A stretch of DNA of 64,000 nt from Octopus vulgaris (lineage: Eukaryota), in NCBI GenBank assembly GCA_951406725.2, contig OX597824.1, positions 93,248,001 to 93,312,000 of the forward strand. Direction: 5' to 3'. Shown here one piece after another: positions 1 to 12,879 of this stretch; positions within the stretch are counted from its first letter, which is position 1, and every line of letters begins with the position of its first letter. Made by a program: the position numbers and the translations under genes. The notes beneath the pieces were generated by a model. It did no database searches and was not told the origin of the DNA. It saw nothing but the letters and a program-made list of their open reading frames with translations.

Positions 1-273
1 GTCAACCCCGACACCGAGAGCATCGACGGATGGATGAATGCGCATCCAGGCTCAGCGGTTGCGTAGGAAGTCGGGGATAAGAAACAGGAAGAAAGAATGA
101 GAGAAAGTTAGAGCGAAAGATTACAACAGGGGTTGCCACCACCCCCTGCCTGAGCCTCGTGGCGCTTTAGGTGTTTTCGATAAATAAACACACACAGCGC
201 CCAGTCTGGGAATCGAAACCGCGATCCTCCGACCGCGAGTCCGCTGCCCTAACCACTGGGCCATTGCGCCTCC
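1..273 (-). mobile_element. tRNA-derived SINE, family D (head GGAGGCGCAATGGCCCAGTGGTTAGGG), runs off the window start
   Basis: Minus strand has A-box TGGCCCAGTGG and B-box GTTTCGATTCC; the same head recurs at 11438(-) and 50504(+). Confidence 0.85.
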
Positions 274-280
274 GCTGTCA

Positions 281-750
281 ATGCTGCTGAAGATAAGGCT
301 ACTTCGGGCTGCCGCTTTCTCTATTGCGACGTACGGCTGCGAGTCGTGGACAATGCTGAAGGCAGACAAGAAAAGAGTGAGCGCTTTTGAAATGTGGTTT
401 TACCGCAGAATCCTTAGAGTATCGTGGACGGGGGAGAGGAGGACGAACAACTGGGTGCTGGAAAATCTCTGTTGTGAGATGTCGCTTCGGCGAAACATCA
501 TGAAGCGGAAGCCTCGGTTCTTTGGCCGCGTCATGCGCCGGGATGGACTTGAGCGAACGATCGTAACTGGCAAGGTGAACGGCAGACGTAAAAGAGGCAG
601 ACCACCCCCACTTCTTGGCTGAAAGATATGGCAGCCACAGGATTGTCCTTATTCTGAGCTGTCCATGGAGTAGCGGACAGGAGGAGGTGGCAAGACATCG
701 TGATGACCACAGCATCGCATAGTGCGACACCTGACTAGGATGATGATGAC
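281..750 (+). mobile_element. 5'-truncated RTE-clade LINE 3' end (RT C-terminus, non-functional)
   Basis: Translation ATYGCESWT..AFEMWFYRRILRVSWT..GKVNGRRKRGRP is typical of the RTE ORF C-terminus; frameshifted after ~610; ends in a (TGA)n tail at 738-749. Confidence 0.85.
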
Positions 751-1399
751 TGGAAAGTGACTCCATCAATATCTGTACTGAATCAGTTTTGTGCCATTTT
801 TGTAGCATCAATTACAAAAACCTGTTTTGGTGAATGCATTCCTTAACCGCCCGAATAGTTTTAATTCCATGACTAAGTCAGCGTAGTTTCCTTCACCTTT
901 ATGCTCAATCCGTACAAAATTATGTAAGACTTGTTATGTACTTCTTAGCGATCAGTCTCTATCCTAAAGTTACGTCGTCTTTTAGTCATCCTCTGTACAA
1001 ACGTTACATAGGAATTCAGGCATAACAGCTCCATGGTTAAATGAATATCACAGATCTTATTCCTCGAAGGATTCGAAATCGTGTGCGACTTGTATGCAGA
1101 TCATTTTCGTTATGCAACTTTGTCTCCATATAAACTTTACAAAATTTCGCATTATTTCAGAAAATACAAAATACACTTAATTTTACAGACGTTATCCTAT
1201 TTTATAGAAATATTGTGCTTACTACAGCAAACTCTGACGCCTTGTTTCGTTCTCAGGATCGAGTGAGAAATGTTCTTCCCCGCTGTATGGCTTCTTCGAT
1301 ATGTAATCTTTATGTTTCTCCACCAGGACAGAGTTCTGATGATATTTACAGTTTTGGCTTGCGTTTGAATCTTAATCAGATGATTCTATAGCCTATGAA

Positions 1400-2790
1400 A
1401 TGTCAAGCTTCATGCTGGTCGTCCGTACGATCTGCCGAATGCCATGGTTGACATTGATTGGAAGCAGAGCTCGTCAAATGCCAAGGATGAAATTATCAAA
1501 AGCGTAGGTCCACATCGGTTGGTAGCGCTACCTCTAAAATTTCATTCTTAGCATTCGTTGGCAAATCAGATCTTCAAATACTAAAGTTGAACTTAGTAAA
1601 GCACTAATGTCTGCCAATATCTTCCCCAAATCTTAGTAATTAATTATAGTAAATTTCTTTCTACATTCAGCAAAAGAACAACATGTTTGTAAGTATCGAA
1701 TCGTTGCGCTTGAAGAGTGAAAACAAATTAGTGCAATATTCTTTTCTAGTCTAGACACAGGGCCCGAAATTTTGGGGGCCAGTCGATTATATCGACCCCA
1801 GTACGCAACTGGTACTGAATTTATCGACCCCGATGAAAGGCAAAGTCGATCTCGGCGGAATTTGAATTCAGAACGTAAAGAGAGACGAAATACCTATTTC
1901 TTTACTACCCACAAGGGGCTAAATACAGAGAGGACAAACAAGGACAAACAAACGAATTAAGTCGATTATATCGACCCCAGTGCGTAACTGGTACTTATTT
2001 AATCGACTCCGAAAGGATGAAAAGCAAAGTCAACCTCAGCGGAATTTGAACTCAGAACGTAGGGGCAGACGAAATACCGCTAAGGATTTCGCCCGGCGTG
2101 CTAACGATTCTGCTAGCTTGCCGCCTTGAATTAGTGCAATATTCAAAGACTTTTCTCTGTTTTGTTTTCAAAAAATAGAGGAAACTTTAGACAGGTATCA
2201 CCACAATAAATCATGTACAGGAACTCTTAAATACTATACTACGAATGCTCTTTTAATCCTATATTTTTTTATTTACACATTTGTGATTTCATGCATGCTA
2301 TAGGGAAAATGACAGTCTAGCTCTATTGCTTTCGCATATTCTCCAGTCTCTTTCCTTTCCTATTTGCTGTTATATCATACAAAATATTTTCATTATTTCT
2401 ACATATTCTTTTACGTACGCTACCCTTAATTCAAGAATTATATCATCAGGATATTTAATATAACTATTCCCAACAACTGATATCCATCTAGATTGAAACT
2501 AATATACAGCTATCTTTGAATAGCGGGTGTATGCTTGGACTTTTATACTATACAATATGGTCCATGCATCATTTTTCTACCATTTTGCTCTTTTACTTTA
2601 ATGATGTAGCAGACATTCCTGGAATTCAAGCTGTAGCTCAACTAATCATGTTTGTTTTCTTTAACTAAGCTAAGCTGTTAAAGACTTAACGCTACATATT
2701 TTCTTATTCATACTGATTAAGCGAGAGTTCCTCAGGGCACTTTATTATTCTTCACTTTCAGGTTCTTCCATATATTTCCTTGTGTCTAAT
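1400..2790 (-). pseudogene. Highly decayed LINE reverse-transcriptase fossil, interrupted by a SINE
   Basis: Minus-strand remnants in the expected order: LKVKNNKVP (cf. KNNKAPG) ~2760-2735, KYPDDIIL (cf. YADD) 2456-2433, RSDLPTNAKNEIL ~1575-1535; many stops. Confidence 0.4.
1742..2128 (-). mobile_element. Dimeric tRNA-SINE, family A (head-core-tailA-core-tailB)
   Basis: Two copies of the core GTCGACTTTGCCTTTCATCCTTTCGGGGTCGATAAATTAAGTACCAG; 16-bp TSD AATTAGTGCAATATTC at 1726-1741 and 2129-2144. Confidence 0.9.
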
Positions 2791-3274
2791 ATCATTCATA
2801 CCAACAGCCACCATCATTAACATTCCTTGTAATCTCTGCATGAATTGTCACTTTTTTTTCTGGCTAAGCATTGTGTCTGCTGCTGCTGCTGTTGATGATG
2901 ATGATGATGGTATTTTCATAGAATTGTGTCTGTTCCCGATCTCTTTCGCTTCCATGAAGTACGTGTCATTCTATCTACTATACGTGTCTCACAACGTCGC
3001 CATTCTGTCTGTTCCTGTTGTTTCTCTTTCACGAAGAGCTGTCATGACTTACATACAATACATATATACGTACTCACACAAGCCTTGTGTGGACTTTGTA
3101 GACGGAAACAGAAAGAAAATATACGTATGAATACATATATGTACATATGAGTGTAGGGGTGTGTACATGTATATATGTGGGGGGTATCTTTATATGCTTC
3201 TCCCCCACCAATGCTTGACAACCGGTGTTAATGGGTTTACACCTCCGCAGCTTAGTACGAGGAACATTCTAGTG

Positions 3275-3571
3275 AAGTTGAACATCTTATCTGGCCACCA
3301 CAGTCCCCAGATTTCAATATTATTGAACGTTTATGGTGCATTTTAGAAAAACAAGTAAGGAGTTGATATCCTCACCCATCATCACTACAAGAAATGGAGC
3401 CTATTTTAGCCGAAGAATAGACAAAAGTTCCTTTGGAAACAATTCAAACTTTGTACGAGTCCATACTTCGTAGAATCCAAGCTGTAATTACTGCCAAAGG
3501 CAGTCCTACCCCATATTAAAATTAATGTGTTTGAAATTTTAAGGTTTTTCCATTATTTTGTTCAAACCCTG
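3275..3571 (+). mobile_element. Tc1-like DNA transposon 3' remnant
   Basis: Translates WPPQSPDFNIIERLWCILEKQV...RRIQAVITAKGSPTPY* (Tc1 SPDLNPIE motif) with internal stops; ends in the TIR TTTCCATTATTTTGTTCAAACCCTG followed by TA. Confidence 0.85.
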
Positions 3572-3926
3572 TATAGATATACACACATGTAGACAGATAG
3601 GTAGTTTAATAGCAAGAGAGACAGAGACAGAGAGAGCAATCTGTGTGTTAGTAAAAGCTGGTATTTGTTTTGAGGAGGAATCTCCTATAACTTGTAGTGG
3701 TAAAAAGATCCAAAGTATCCGCAGCGGATAAAAAGTGTTCGGTAGCGCAACGGAGGTAGAGTTGCCAGATTCCGGGATTTCTGTGTATTTACGCATCATT
3801 GTCAGGAAGTACCCACTATCAACCACGTGCTAAGAGAAATTCTATCTCTTAATATGTGATATAGAGTAAATGTGATTAGACAGTCTCTGGTATCGCAAAC
3901 AGATGTCGAGCTGGATTATTAGCCGC

Positions 3927-4147
3927 GAACAGTGTCGGTCGGGGAGTTTGACTAGAGCGGTACGTCTGTCAAATGGTAACGCAGGTGTCCCAAGGCGAGC
4001 TCAGCGTGGACGGAAACCAAACGCCGAGCAAAAAGGCGAAAGCTCGCTCGATCTCGATTTTCAGCACGAATAAGGACCGCGAAAGTGTGGCCCATCGATC
4101 ATTTCCGAACAGCGGCGAACTAATCCCGCCCAGTACGAGAGGAACCG
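3927..4147 (+). pseudogene. 28S rRNA-derived fragment (domain V/VI), internally deleted
   Basis: GGGGAGTTTGACT..GCGGTAC..CTGTCAAA..GTAACGCAGGTGTCC.AAGGCGAGCTCAG and GATTTTCAG match conserved eukaryotic 28S; sarcin-ricin loop AGTACGAGAGGAAC at 4132-4145; P-loop mutated (ACTAGAGCGG vs ACTGGGGCGG). Confidence 0.9.
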
Positions 4148-5236
4148 AGGGAACAGAGCATGCCACAGTTATCCACTCTCCTCGCGGTGAGGAATACGCT
4201 CCCGATGATTAGGTCCGGTTATTAGCGACGAATTTGTCATCTAGGCATGCGGTAGGTAAATAATAATTCCCACCGATTTCTCGAAGATACACATAATTCA
4301 CGTGTTCTAGCCATCCCACCGCCACCGCCAAAGCTGAAGACTTTTGTCTGGGGTTGATAGTTTGTGGATTTGGGGGTCTATATGTCTCTACAAGGTGCTT
4401 ATCCAAGAGAGTATCGTAAATCTGTGACTTTCTATTAGTATATCGACATTAGGTACGTTATCCAGTATTCTTTTCCGTACCGATACGGCTTACGTCGCAC
4501 ATAATCCCACACACACATACATGTAGATGATACTCTTTTATATATTACCTCTTAAGCGTTGGCCTCATCATCTTCAGATCTTCTAAGCTCAATGACTTAT
4601 TGCTGAATGCGAAGCCAACAGCTGGAGCAAATACGAGAAGTATAATTCTAATTACATTAGGTAATTAATTTAGATTTTAATTACATCTTAAACACTTCAG
4701 ACAATTGTTACTTCCTTTAATTTGTACCTTGCTCATAGCCAACAAATTTCTGAAGTTCATTATTGTCTTGAGCAATTAAATTAAATATTTCTGCGAATGA
4801 CTTCCGGTGCGGAGACGTTCACAGAAACGGTTACACGGATATTCTCAGGTAATTTCAGTATAATCTGACACCATAACAACTTGCGGTGTCATGGACATTT
4901 CGAAGCATATTGTCAGTAGCTACTTCCAATTTCAAGAGTTTCCTGTTAAATTTCCTGATCCTCAAACCATAAACTATATCCATCTGCTTCAAGAGATTGT
5001 TAACGTATAAAGTCTTTTGTTTTCGAGTGTCTTTGCAAAAGTACCTCTCTCAAGAAAAATATCATCATGTTTCTAAAATATACGTTTAAATTGAGATTCG
5101 GCTATTTGTGTGGCTGTTTCCTCCTTTTCGGACACTTCCAATCACAGTTTCATAATCTCTTTTAACATAACGCAATCATAGTTTAGAACATTCATGTATA
5201 CATATAAATTTTCCCCGTCTAAAGTTTCCATATCTT

Positions 5237-5300
5237 GTCTCTGATGACGGTATACCCAGTGTATGGGTATGCTAAACAAGCATTGTAACAGCTGTAAGTC
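5237..5300 (+). ncRNA. Degenerate hammerhead ribozyme motif
   Basis: CTGATGA 5241-5247, 10-bp hairpin GGTATACCCA/TGGGTATGCT, then GTAACAGCTGTA (cf. GAAACAGCTGTA, palindromic stem III). Confidence 0.45.
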
Positions 5301-5389
5301 TTCAATTTCATCTTACCTTAATTAAATTAATCTAAATGACTTGAAATACACATTCTGTCTTGGTTTTGATTTTCCCCCAATACAATGTA

Positions 5390-5474
5390 ATATAATATAT
5401 ATATACATATATATATATATTATCACATATACATATGTATACGCGCACACACATGCATATATATATATATATAT

Positions 5475-5512
<38 letters not shown>

Positions 5513-5843
5513 ATATATATATATATATATCCATATATATATATCCACATATATACATATATATCTGTATATATATATATATGTGTATATATATTTATTT
5601 ATGTATATATATATACATATACAACACATACATATCCATGCACACACACACACATATATATATATACATACAAATGCATGTACACATACTCATATATATG
5701 TGGCTATGTATATGCATATGTATGTATACATATACATATATATGGGTGTGTGTTTGTGAGGGTGTGTATGTTTCTATTTATATCATAATTCACAATTCTT
5801 TCGGAAAATAAGTGTATCTCACACTCTTTCTCATGTATATATG

Positions 5844-5890
<47 letters not shown>
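5390..5890. repeat. Compound (TA)n/(CA)n/(TG)n microsatellite
   Basis: Direct inspection. Confidence 0.95.
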
Positions 5891-5891
<1 letters not shown>

Positions 5892-6144
5892 GTTAAAGTT
5901 TTATGCAAAAATACATTTAATATTAAGCTCTTGGTATAATTTGGTGTGTTTTCAGTTGGAGAATATCGTTGTCTGTCACTCTTGGTAAGGAAAATAGAAG
6001 CAAAAAACGGTCTCTAATCTGAAATATTAATGATAATAGTAAAAATATAATGGAAAACATTCCCATTTTTTTCTATATTGTTGCTATCGCAATGTGGATA
6101 ATGATAATGATATTTTAAATTATGTTTTCTTAGATCTGATAATT

Positions 6145-6159
6145 TAAATAATAATAATG

Positions 6160-6230
<71 letters not shown>

Positions 6231-6282
6231 AAGAAGAAGAAGAAGAAGAATAGTAATAGTTATAATAATAATAATAATAATA

Positions 6283-6321
<39 letters not shown>

Positions 6322-6402
6322 ATGATGATGATGTTGATGATGCTGATGACGACGATGATGATGATAATGACGATGATGATGATGACGATGATGATGGTGA
6401 TG

Positions 6403-6453
<51 letters not shown>

Positions 6454-6547
6454 GTAATAATAATAATAATAATAATTGTACTGGATGAAATATAACGCAA
6501 AATTTTAGCAGAAGAAGAAGACGATGACGATGACGATGATGATGATA

Positions 6548-6610
<63 letters not shown>
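6145..6610. repeat. Compound trinucleotide array (AAT)n-(AAG)n-(ATT)n-(GAT)n
   Basis: Direct inspection. Confidence 0.95.
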
Positions 6611-7221
6611 TAGCGTAGCAGACAAAAAGATTATAATGATAAAAAAATAAATAAATTCAGAAAATTACATAACTAAAGATAAAAATCCGAAGAAAAGAAA
6701 AAACACGGAGGATGAAATGTGGAAATGTTGAAAATAAATCAGAAATTAAGAAAAGGGTGAGAAGAAAAATCTGATGGGAATAAGAAAGAAAAGGAAATAG
6801 CCAAAAAAAAATTAAACGAATTATAAAAGAAAAGTAGTATATATGTTATAGACGGGGAACTATCGTCATATACAACAATCGCCCGGAATAAGAGAGAGCC
6901 ATAGAAAAAGATTTGCACCGACATTGTCAAAACAATACTGCCGACGATTAAAAAATATAGCTGTATTGTTACTAACAATAATAACTGCGAATAATTCTAA
7001 AACTGTAACAATAACATCGGCAAGATCAACAACAACAAAAATATCGAAAAAAACTTGGGTTATTGTACTAAGTTCAAACCGAACGAGATGTCTCGAAAGG
7101 GATGTTAGAAAAATGTTGTCAAAAGATTTTTCTCTTATAGCTAATATATAAAATTAGACAAATGTTGAAAGTGATAAGGAAAAAAGAAATTATCAAAATA
7201 TTTACTCCAATAAGTAATATA

Positions 7222-7463
7222 TATTTCTTTATTGCCCACAAGGGGCTAAACATAGAGGGGACAAACAAGGACAGACAAAGGGATTAAGTCGATTACCTTG
7301 AATCCCCCCTCCCCAGTGCGAAACTGGTACTTTATTTATCGACCACGAAAGGATGAAAGGTAAAGTCGACCTCGGAGGAATTTGAACTCAGAACGTAACG
7401 ACAGACGAAATACCGCTAAGCATTTCGCCCGGCGCGCTAACGAGACTGCCAGCACGCCGCCTT
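7222..7463 (-). mobile_element. tRNA-SINE family A, monomer with tail A
   Basis: Head GGCGGCG.GCTGGCAG, B-box GAGTTCAAATTCC, family core, tail ending AAAGAAATATAT. Confidence 0.9.
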
Positions 7464-7763
7464 ATACGCAATATATATATATTGGAGGAATTTTGAATTT
7501 ATTGGTAGTGCTGCAGTATAGAAATGTAGAGATTTTGGCTTAGGCCTTGGGAAAACTAAAATCTGAAAACTTCGCTCGTATATTCAACCCCATTAACTTT
7601 AGAACGGGCACAATAACAAGCTCTCCAGATGGTGATGGTCAGGCATTTCTTATGATCTGAAAGCATTTAGAAGTAGCGGGTCCCATATTGCTGCAGTATC
7701 CAAAGTAGCCTACTGGTACATTGCATAACAGTACAGCATTAATAAACTTGTATTATGTATAGT

Positions 7764-8024
7764 GTGGAGGCTCGTAGCTTAGTGGTTAGGGTGTCAGCAC
7801 CATGGTCGTAAGATTCTGGTTTCGATTCCTCAAGCGGGCGATGCGTTGTGTTCTTGAGCAAAACACTTCATTTCACGTTGCTCCAGACCACCCAGGTGGC
7901 AAAAATGAGTAACGGTGCGATGGACTGGCGTCCCGTCTAGCCAGAGAACACGTACGTCATTGAAACCGGGAAGCCAGGCCCATGAGCCTGGCTAGGCTTT
8001 AAAAGGGCGCATTTATTTATTTTT
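7764..8024 (+). mobile_element. tRNA-SINE family B (core TTGAGCAA.ACACTTCATTTCACGTTGCTCCAG)
   Basis: A-box TAGCTTAGTGG, B-box GTTTCGATTCC; 13-bp TSD TATTATGTATAGT at 7751-7763 and 8025-8037. Confidence 0.9.
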
Positions 8025-8184
8025 TATTATGTATAGTAAGGCATAAGCCACAGAATTTCATGTTGTTAGATCTAGTACTCGTGTCAATATGTATTGGTCA
8101 AGGTGGCTATCCAGGGATCGGAAAAATCAGTAATCTAGGAAAACTTTGGAATTAAATATTCCGGAAAACCATTATGGTATCTGA

Positions 8185-8295
8185 ACATTATTTACATTAT
8201 TTACATTATTTACATTTGACGGATATTTGTCCTCGTCTTGTTTGTTCTTAACCCTACGATTCGGCTGATATACCCTCAAGCCTTCATCAGGTGTC

Positions 8296-8350
<55 letters not shown>

Positions 8351-8496
8351 GCCCATATGCCCTTGTAGTTAGTAGCCCGTGCTCTTAATCATTACGTCAC
8401 ATTCCCGTGGGCATAAGACATAGTGGTTAAGAGCGCGGGCTAGTCCCCACGATTCCGATTTCGATTCCAAGCAGTAACCTGAATAATAATAATATT

Positions 8497-8573
<77 letters not shown>

Positions 8574-8628
8574 TAATAATAATAATAATAATAATAACAT
8601 TAATAATAATAATAATAATACTAATAAT
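8185..8628. mobile_element. Fold-back element: two head-to-head tRNA-like heads, each followed by (AAT)n; the leftward arm continues into a hammerhead motif and an (AAATAATGT)x3 end
   Basis: Inverted arms 8373-8398 and 8418-8443; B-box-like TTTCGATTCC 8459-8468; minus strand GACAC-CTGATGA-AGGCTTGAGGGTATATCAGCC-GAATCGTA at 8295-8250. Confidence 0.7.
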
Positions 8629-8984
8629 CGCTGTAATGGATGAATACTAACTACACGAAATAGTTACTAAGCGCAGAAAACTCATCCGTCCACGAATACT
8701 ACAGCTGTTTCAGGTGTTCACAATCACGAGTTCTTAAAATTTTATAGAAATTCATTCTGGATTATTACCCATTGTCTCTTGTTGGAATTAGTGTGCGAGA
8801 GAAATACAAGTATCAGTTTATTAGATAGGTTACGATATTTGACTTTTGACTTTAAAAGCGATAGCGATGACTTTTTTTTAGTTTTTCAACTCTCGGCGTA
8901 ATGACGCATAATTACGTGCCCATCTCTGCCGGTAAAGTATTTCAAGAACAGAAGAATGAACGATATCATTGGCTCCACCTAATA

Positions 8985-9032
8985 GGGACAGAGAGACAGA
9001 TAGAAAGATAGATAAATAGATAGATAGATACA

Positions 9033-9063
<31 letters not shown>

Positions 9064-9218
9064 TGGCACATGTATGTGTCTATGAATGTATAAATGCATA
9101 AATGTATGTGTGTATCTTTCTACGTATATATGCATTATGTATGCGGTATGTGTGCATATATATATATATATATGCATACATACAGATATATATATACATA
9201 TGTATAATATGTATATAC

Positions 9219-9305
<87 letters not shown>

Positions 9306-9916
9306 AAGCACATATATATATATATGCATGTGTGTGTGTATGTATTTCCGTACAACTTTCATTGGATATAATAATTCATCATGAATATTCTTTTCCAGCG
9401 AAGAAATAAATTCTCTTCCTTCTCCTAACTTGGAAATCATCATGAATAATAGAGGACATCTTTCAATTATTTACTTCGAGAAAGAATTACATGAGAATTA
9501 CGGCGGATATCATAATGGCCAGGCGTGTAAAAACCTCCGAAAATTACAGTATAATCGATTATTTTAGGTTCAGAATTAGAAACTTCGAGAAAAAATAATA
9601 AATAAATAAATAAAACAAAATTTATGCGAATAACTAAAAGTTCCGACAGACAAACGATTCCAGGAAAAATACCCTGTTGTGTTCTTTTATTCATCAAACT
9701 ATGCAAACATATTTTTGTTCGTAGTCTTTCAAGAGATGTTACATCTTGGTGAAGACGATGGGATGTGAACAAATGAAATAGCCGCCATTTTGATATCAAA
9801 CTGAGCGTATGCCAGTACTTACGCGTGATTGTGTACTTAAACGTCCCTGTACTTATGTTTGTGTCTGTTTCTGCTTATGTTATCATCATATATTATACAT
9901 ACATAAATATACACAT

Positions 9917-10007
<91 letters not shown>

Positions 10008-10042
10008 CGTATATATATATACATATATACATATGAATATAT

Positions 10043-10110
<68 letters not shown>
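8985..10110. repeat. (GATA)n/(TACA)n/(TA)n microsatellite clusters at 8985-9345 and 9895-10110
   Basis: Direct inspection. Confidence 0.9.
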
Positions 10111-10112
<2 letters not shown>

Positions 10113-10774
10113 TTATATTATATTCATATATCAAAAACCAGACAAAATCGATTGGAAATATACCATGTGGCGGTGTACTGGAGTGGTTTGTCATTGTATT
10201 TTCTAAATCTATTCAATTATTTGTACTCAGCAACTCATAGTTCACGGAAGGTTAATAATTATTCGGTTTTTCAGTGCTGCGGTCCGCATAACGTTTAGTA
10301 CTTCTCTATATTAGAGAGAGACTAGAACAGTACATTAAGTGATGTTATGCGTAGCCAGTGGTCGCATCCACTGAATATAAATGTACCATTGTTCCATCAT
10401 CTATCTTCTCTCCATGTCACATCACTATGTAAATGAATGGACCCTGTAGGTTATTGTTCGACTTGATAAATATAACAACAGTAGATCACCCTCGAATTGC
10501 AGGTGTGAATAAAATATGATATACAAAACTAAAAGATGATCGCAGCTGGGTCACTTTTGATCATTGGTCAAATGAAGTAGGATCGAATTAGGGGTTACCT
10601 CACAACACCTAAAATGTGTCAGTAATAAAACCTCTAATATGTTCATCAGCTTGCAGGAACTAGCAGCTAAATTATAGCCTGGAAAGGAAGGACACGTATG
10701 GAAGTTATGATTGAGATAAATAAAATACAAGGTAATTACTTTTCATTCAGGTTTGGCGATAGTTATAGAAATTC

Positions 10775-11090
10775 GCGTGTGTGTGTGACTGACTGTATAT
10801 AATGTGTGTGTATCTGTGTGAGTCTGTGTGTGTGAGACTGTGTGTATGATGTGTGTGTGTCAATGTCTGTGTGATGCGTGTGTGACTGTGTGTGTTTGAA
10901 CATGTTCTGTATAGTATGTGTGCGAATGTGCGTGTGAATGTGTGAGTGTGTATCAGTTTGTGTGTCCGTGCGTGAGTGTGTGTGCGTCAGTCTGTGTGTG
11001 TTTGAATGTGTGTGAGTGTGCGTGAGTGTGCGTGTTTAAGTGTGTGTGAGGGGTATGTATGAGTGCATTGGTATGATTATATGTATGTAT
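10775..11090. repeat. Degenerate (TG)n microsatellite
   Basis: Direct inspection. Confidence 0.9.
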
Positions 11091-11091
11091 G

Positions 11092-11438
11092 TCTACGTTG
11101 TTATCCTCATTCCGTAAACGGTGGCTTTTAACATGTGGAGAGCTGAACCATCCTGGGGTACAGAGGATTTGCAATCTAGACTAGGGCCTGGCAGTTTAGC
11201 ACACCATAGTGGGTTACACCATGGTTCCTCTGCTTTGTGTCAGAAGAAGGAAGAAAGAGTGAGAGAAAATTGTGGTGAAAGAGTACAGAGGGGCTCACTC
11301 CCCCAGCCCACCGCCGGAGCCTCATGGAGATTAGGTGTTTCGCTCAATAAACACTCACAATGCCCGGTCTGGGAATCGAAACCGTGTTCTTACGACCGAG
11401 GGTCCGCTGCCCTAACCACTGGGCCATTGCGCCTCCAC
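11092..11438 (-). mobile_element. tRNA-SINE family D
   Basis: Same head as 1-273; body colinear with the 50504-50957 copy (CTAGATTGC..CAGCTCTCCAC..GTTAAAAGCCACCGTTT..GGAATGAGGATA). Confidence 0.85.
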
Positions 11439-12461
11439 TCGTTGCTGTTGTTGTCGATCCAGTCATAATTACATTATTTCCTTTATTTTTCGGACAAAGT
11501 GTCCTTAATTTTTTTTAATGGACGTATAAATTATTTGAGGGAGATGTTGTTGCTATATCTCGCTAGAATATCCAACAATCCATTTTTCAGTCCTTTCCTA
11601 TCTACTCCAGAATATTAATTAATAAGTGAGAGTGTTTTAAATGAATGAAAATCAAGATTTTCCAGTAATTGAAGTCGCTATGATATCAAAGTCGCAACTG
11701 AAGTACTTTTGAGGAATGAAATATCCCATTTCTCGCGGGATGGACAATCTCCTTAAACAGACCACTTCACTCGTTCCGGATCACTCCACTGAGCCGAAAA
11801 GATGATCCATCACATAAGTACAATAGTACAATCTAGCCACTTAAAAACCTCAAGAAAGAAAGAAAAACAGAATATGTGTTCGTCAGCATGTATATATATA
11901 TATATATATATACATCTATAAATCTACATGTGTGTTTGTGTGCGTGGGAATGTCTGTGTGTGTGGCCTTGCTTCTTTGTTTTGCAGATTAGCAAATGTGT
12001 TGGATTATTGTTAAGGCTTTGTTCCTTTTTCTTTCCGAGTTATGAAGCTGTTCGGATTTTTATTGTTGTTTGTTATAGAATGGTTCCTGAGAGAGCAGAC
12101 CTATGATCAAAGTCATTCTTCACAATATAGTCATATCTTTGACACACACATACACGGACACATACATGCTTATATGTATTTGTGCGTATGTATCTGTGTG
12201 TATGCATGTATACATACGCTCATATGTAAGTACATATATGTGTGTGTGTGTATATACGCACACACTTATCAGCACAGACAGACACACACACACACAGTAA
12301 TGGGTATATAGTCCAATGCTAGCTTTCTTCTCTTACATGGAAGTTTGTAACTAAAAGAAGGTGACGTGTTGGAGGATTCATTATTATCGCTGTTTTTCGC
12401 GGTATTTTTACGTTCCGCGTTCATACCAAACTGAGGTCTTTTTGTAATTTTCCTTCATTCG

Positions 12462-12647
12462 AAGGCGGCGAGCTGGCAGAAACGTTACCACGCCGGGCGA
12501 AATGCTTAGCTGTATTTCCTGTCTTTACGTTCTGAGTTCAAATTCCACCGAGGTCGACTTTGCCTTTCATCCGTTCGGGGTCGATAAATTAAGTACCAGC
12601 TGCGTACTGGGGTCAATCTAATCGACTGGCCCCCTCCCCAAGAAAAG
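12462..12647 (+). mobile_element. tRNA-SINE family A with shortened tail B, inserted in an older decayed copy
   Basis: 14-bp TSD AATTTTCCTTCATT at 12446-12459 and 12648-12661. Confidence 0.9.
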
Positions 12648-12879
12648 AATTTTCCTTCATTTTGGGTCAGTATATAAACGTCTAATGTGGCGCTTGTGGT
12701 AGTTGGATCTTCAAGTTGCCACACGCATTCTTAGTAGCTTAGAGTAGGGTCGAATTCGAGATTATTCGTGTGGCTAATGGCGTTGGAAGAACAACAACAA
12801 CAAAAATATCAACGAATCTTCAATACATGTGTCCTAAATGAACTATACTGTTAAGTGTCTTTAACATACAATGCAGTGA

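Noticed and set aside
3973-4212. 79-aa ORF, or a functional rRNA gene
   Set aside because: The ORF overlies 28S-derived sequence; the rRNA piece is ~220 nt, deleted and mutated, with no surrounding rDNA unit.
9345-10290. Very degenerate hammerhead-like strings on the minus strand (9345-9390, 10235-10280)
   Set aside because: Cores have two or more mismatches and weak stems; not distinguishable from chance without a covariance search.
10441-10462. ACCCTGTAG (miR-10-like) and TTTGTTCGTTC at ~46337 (miR-375-like)
   Set aside because: Only 9-11 nt match, the rest diverges, and no precursor hairpin is evident.
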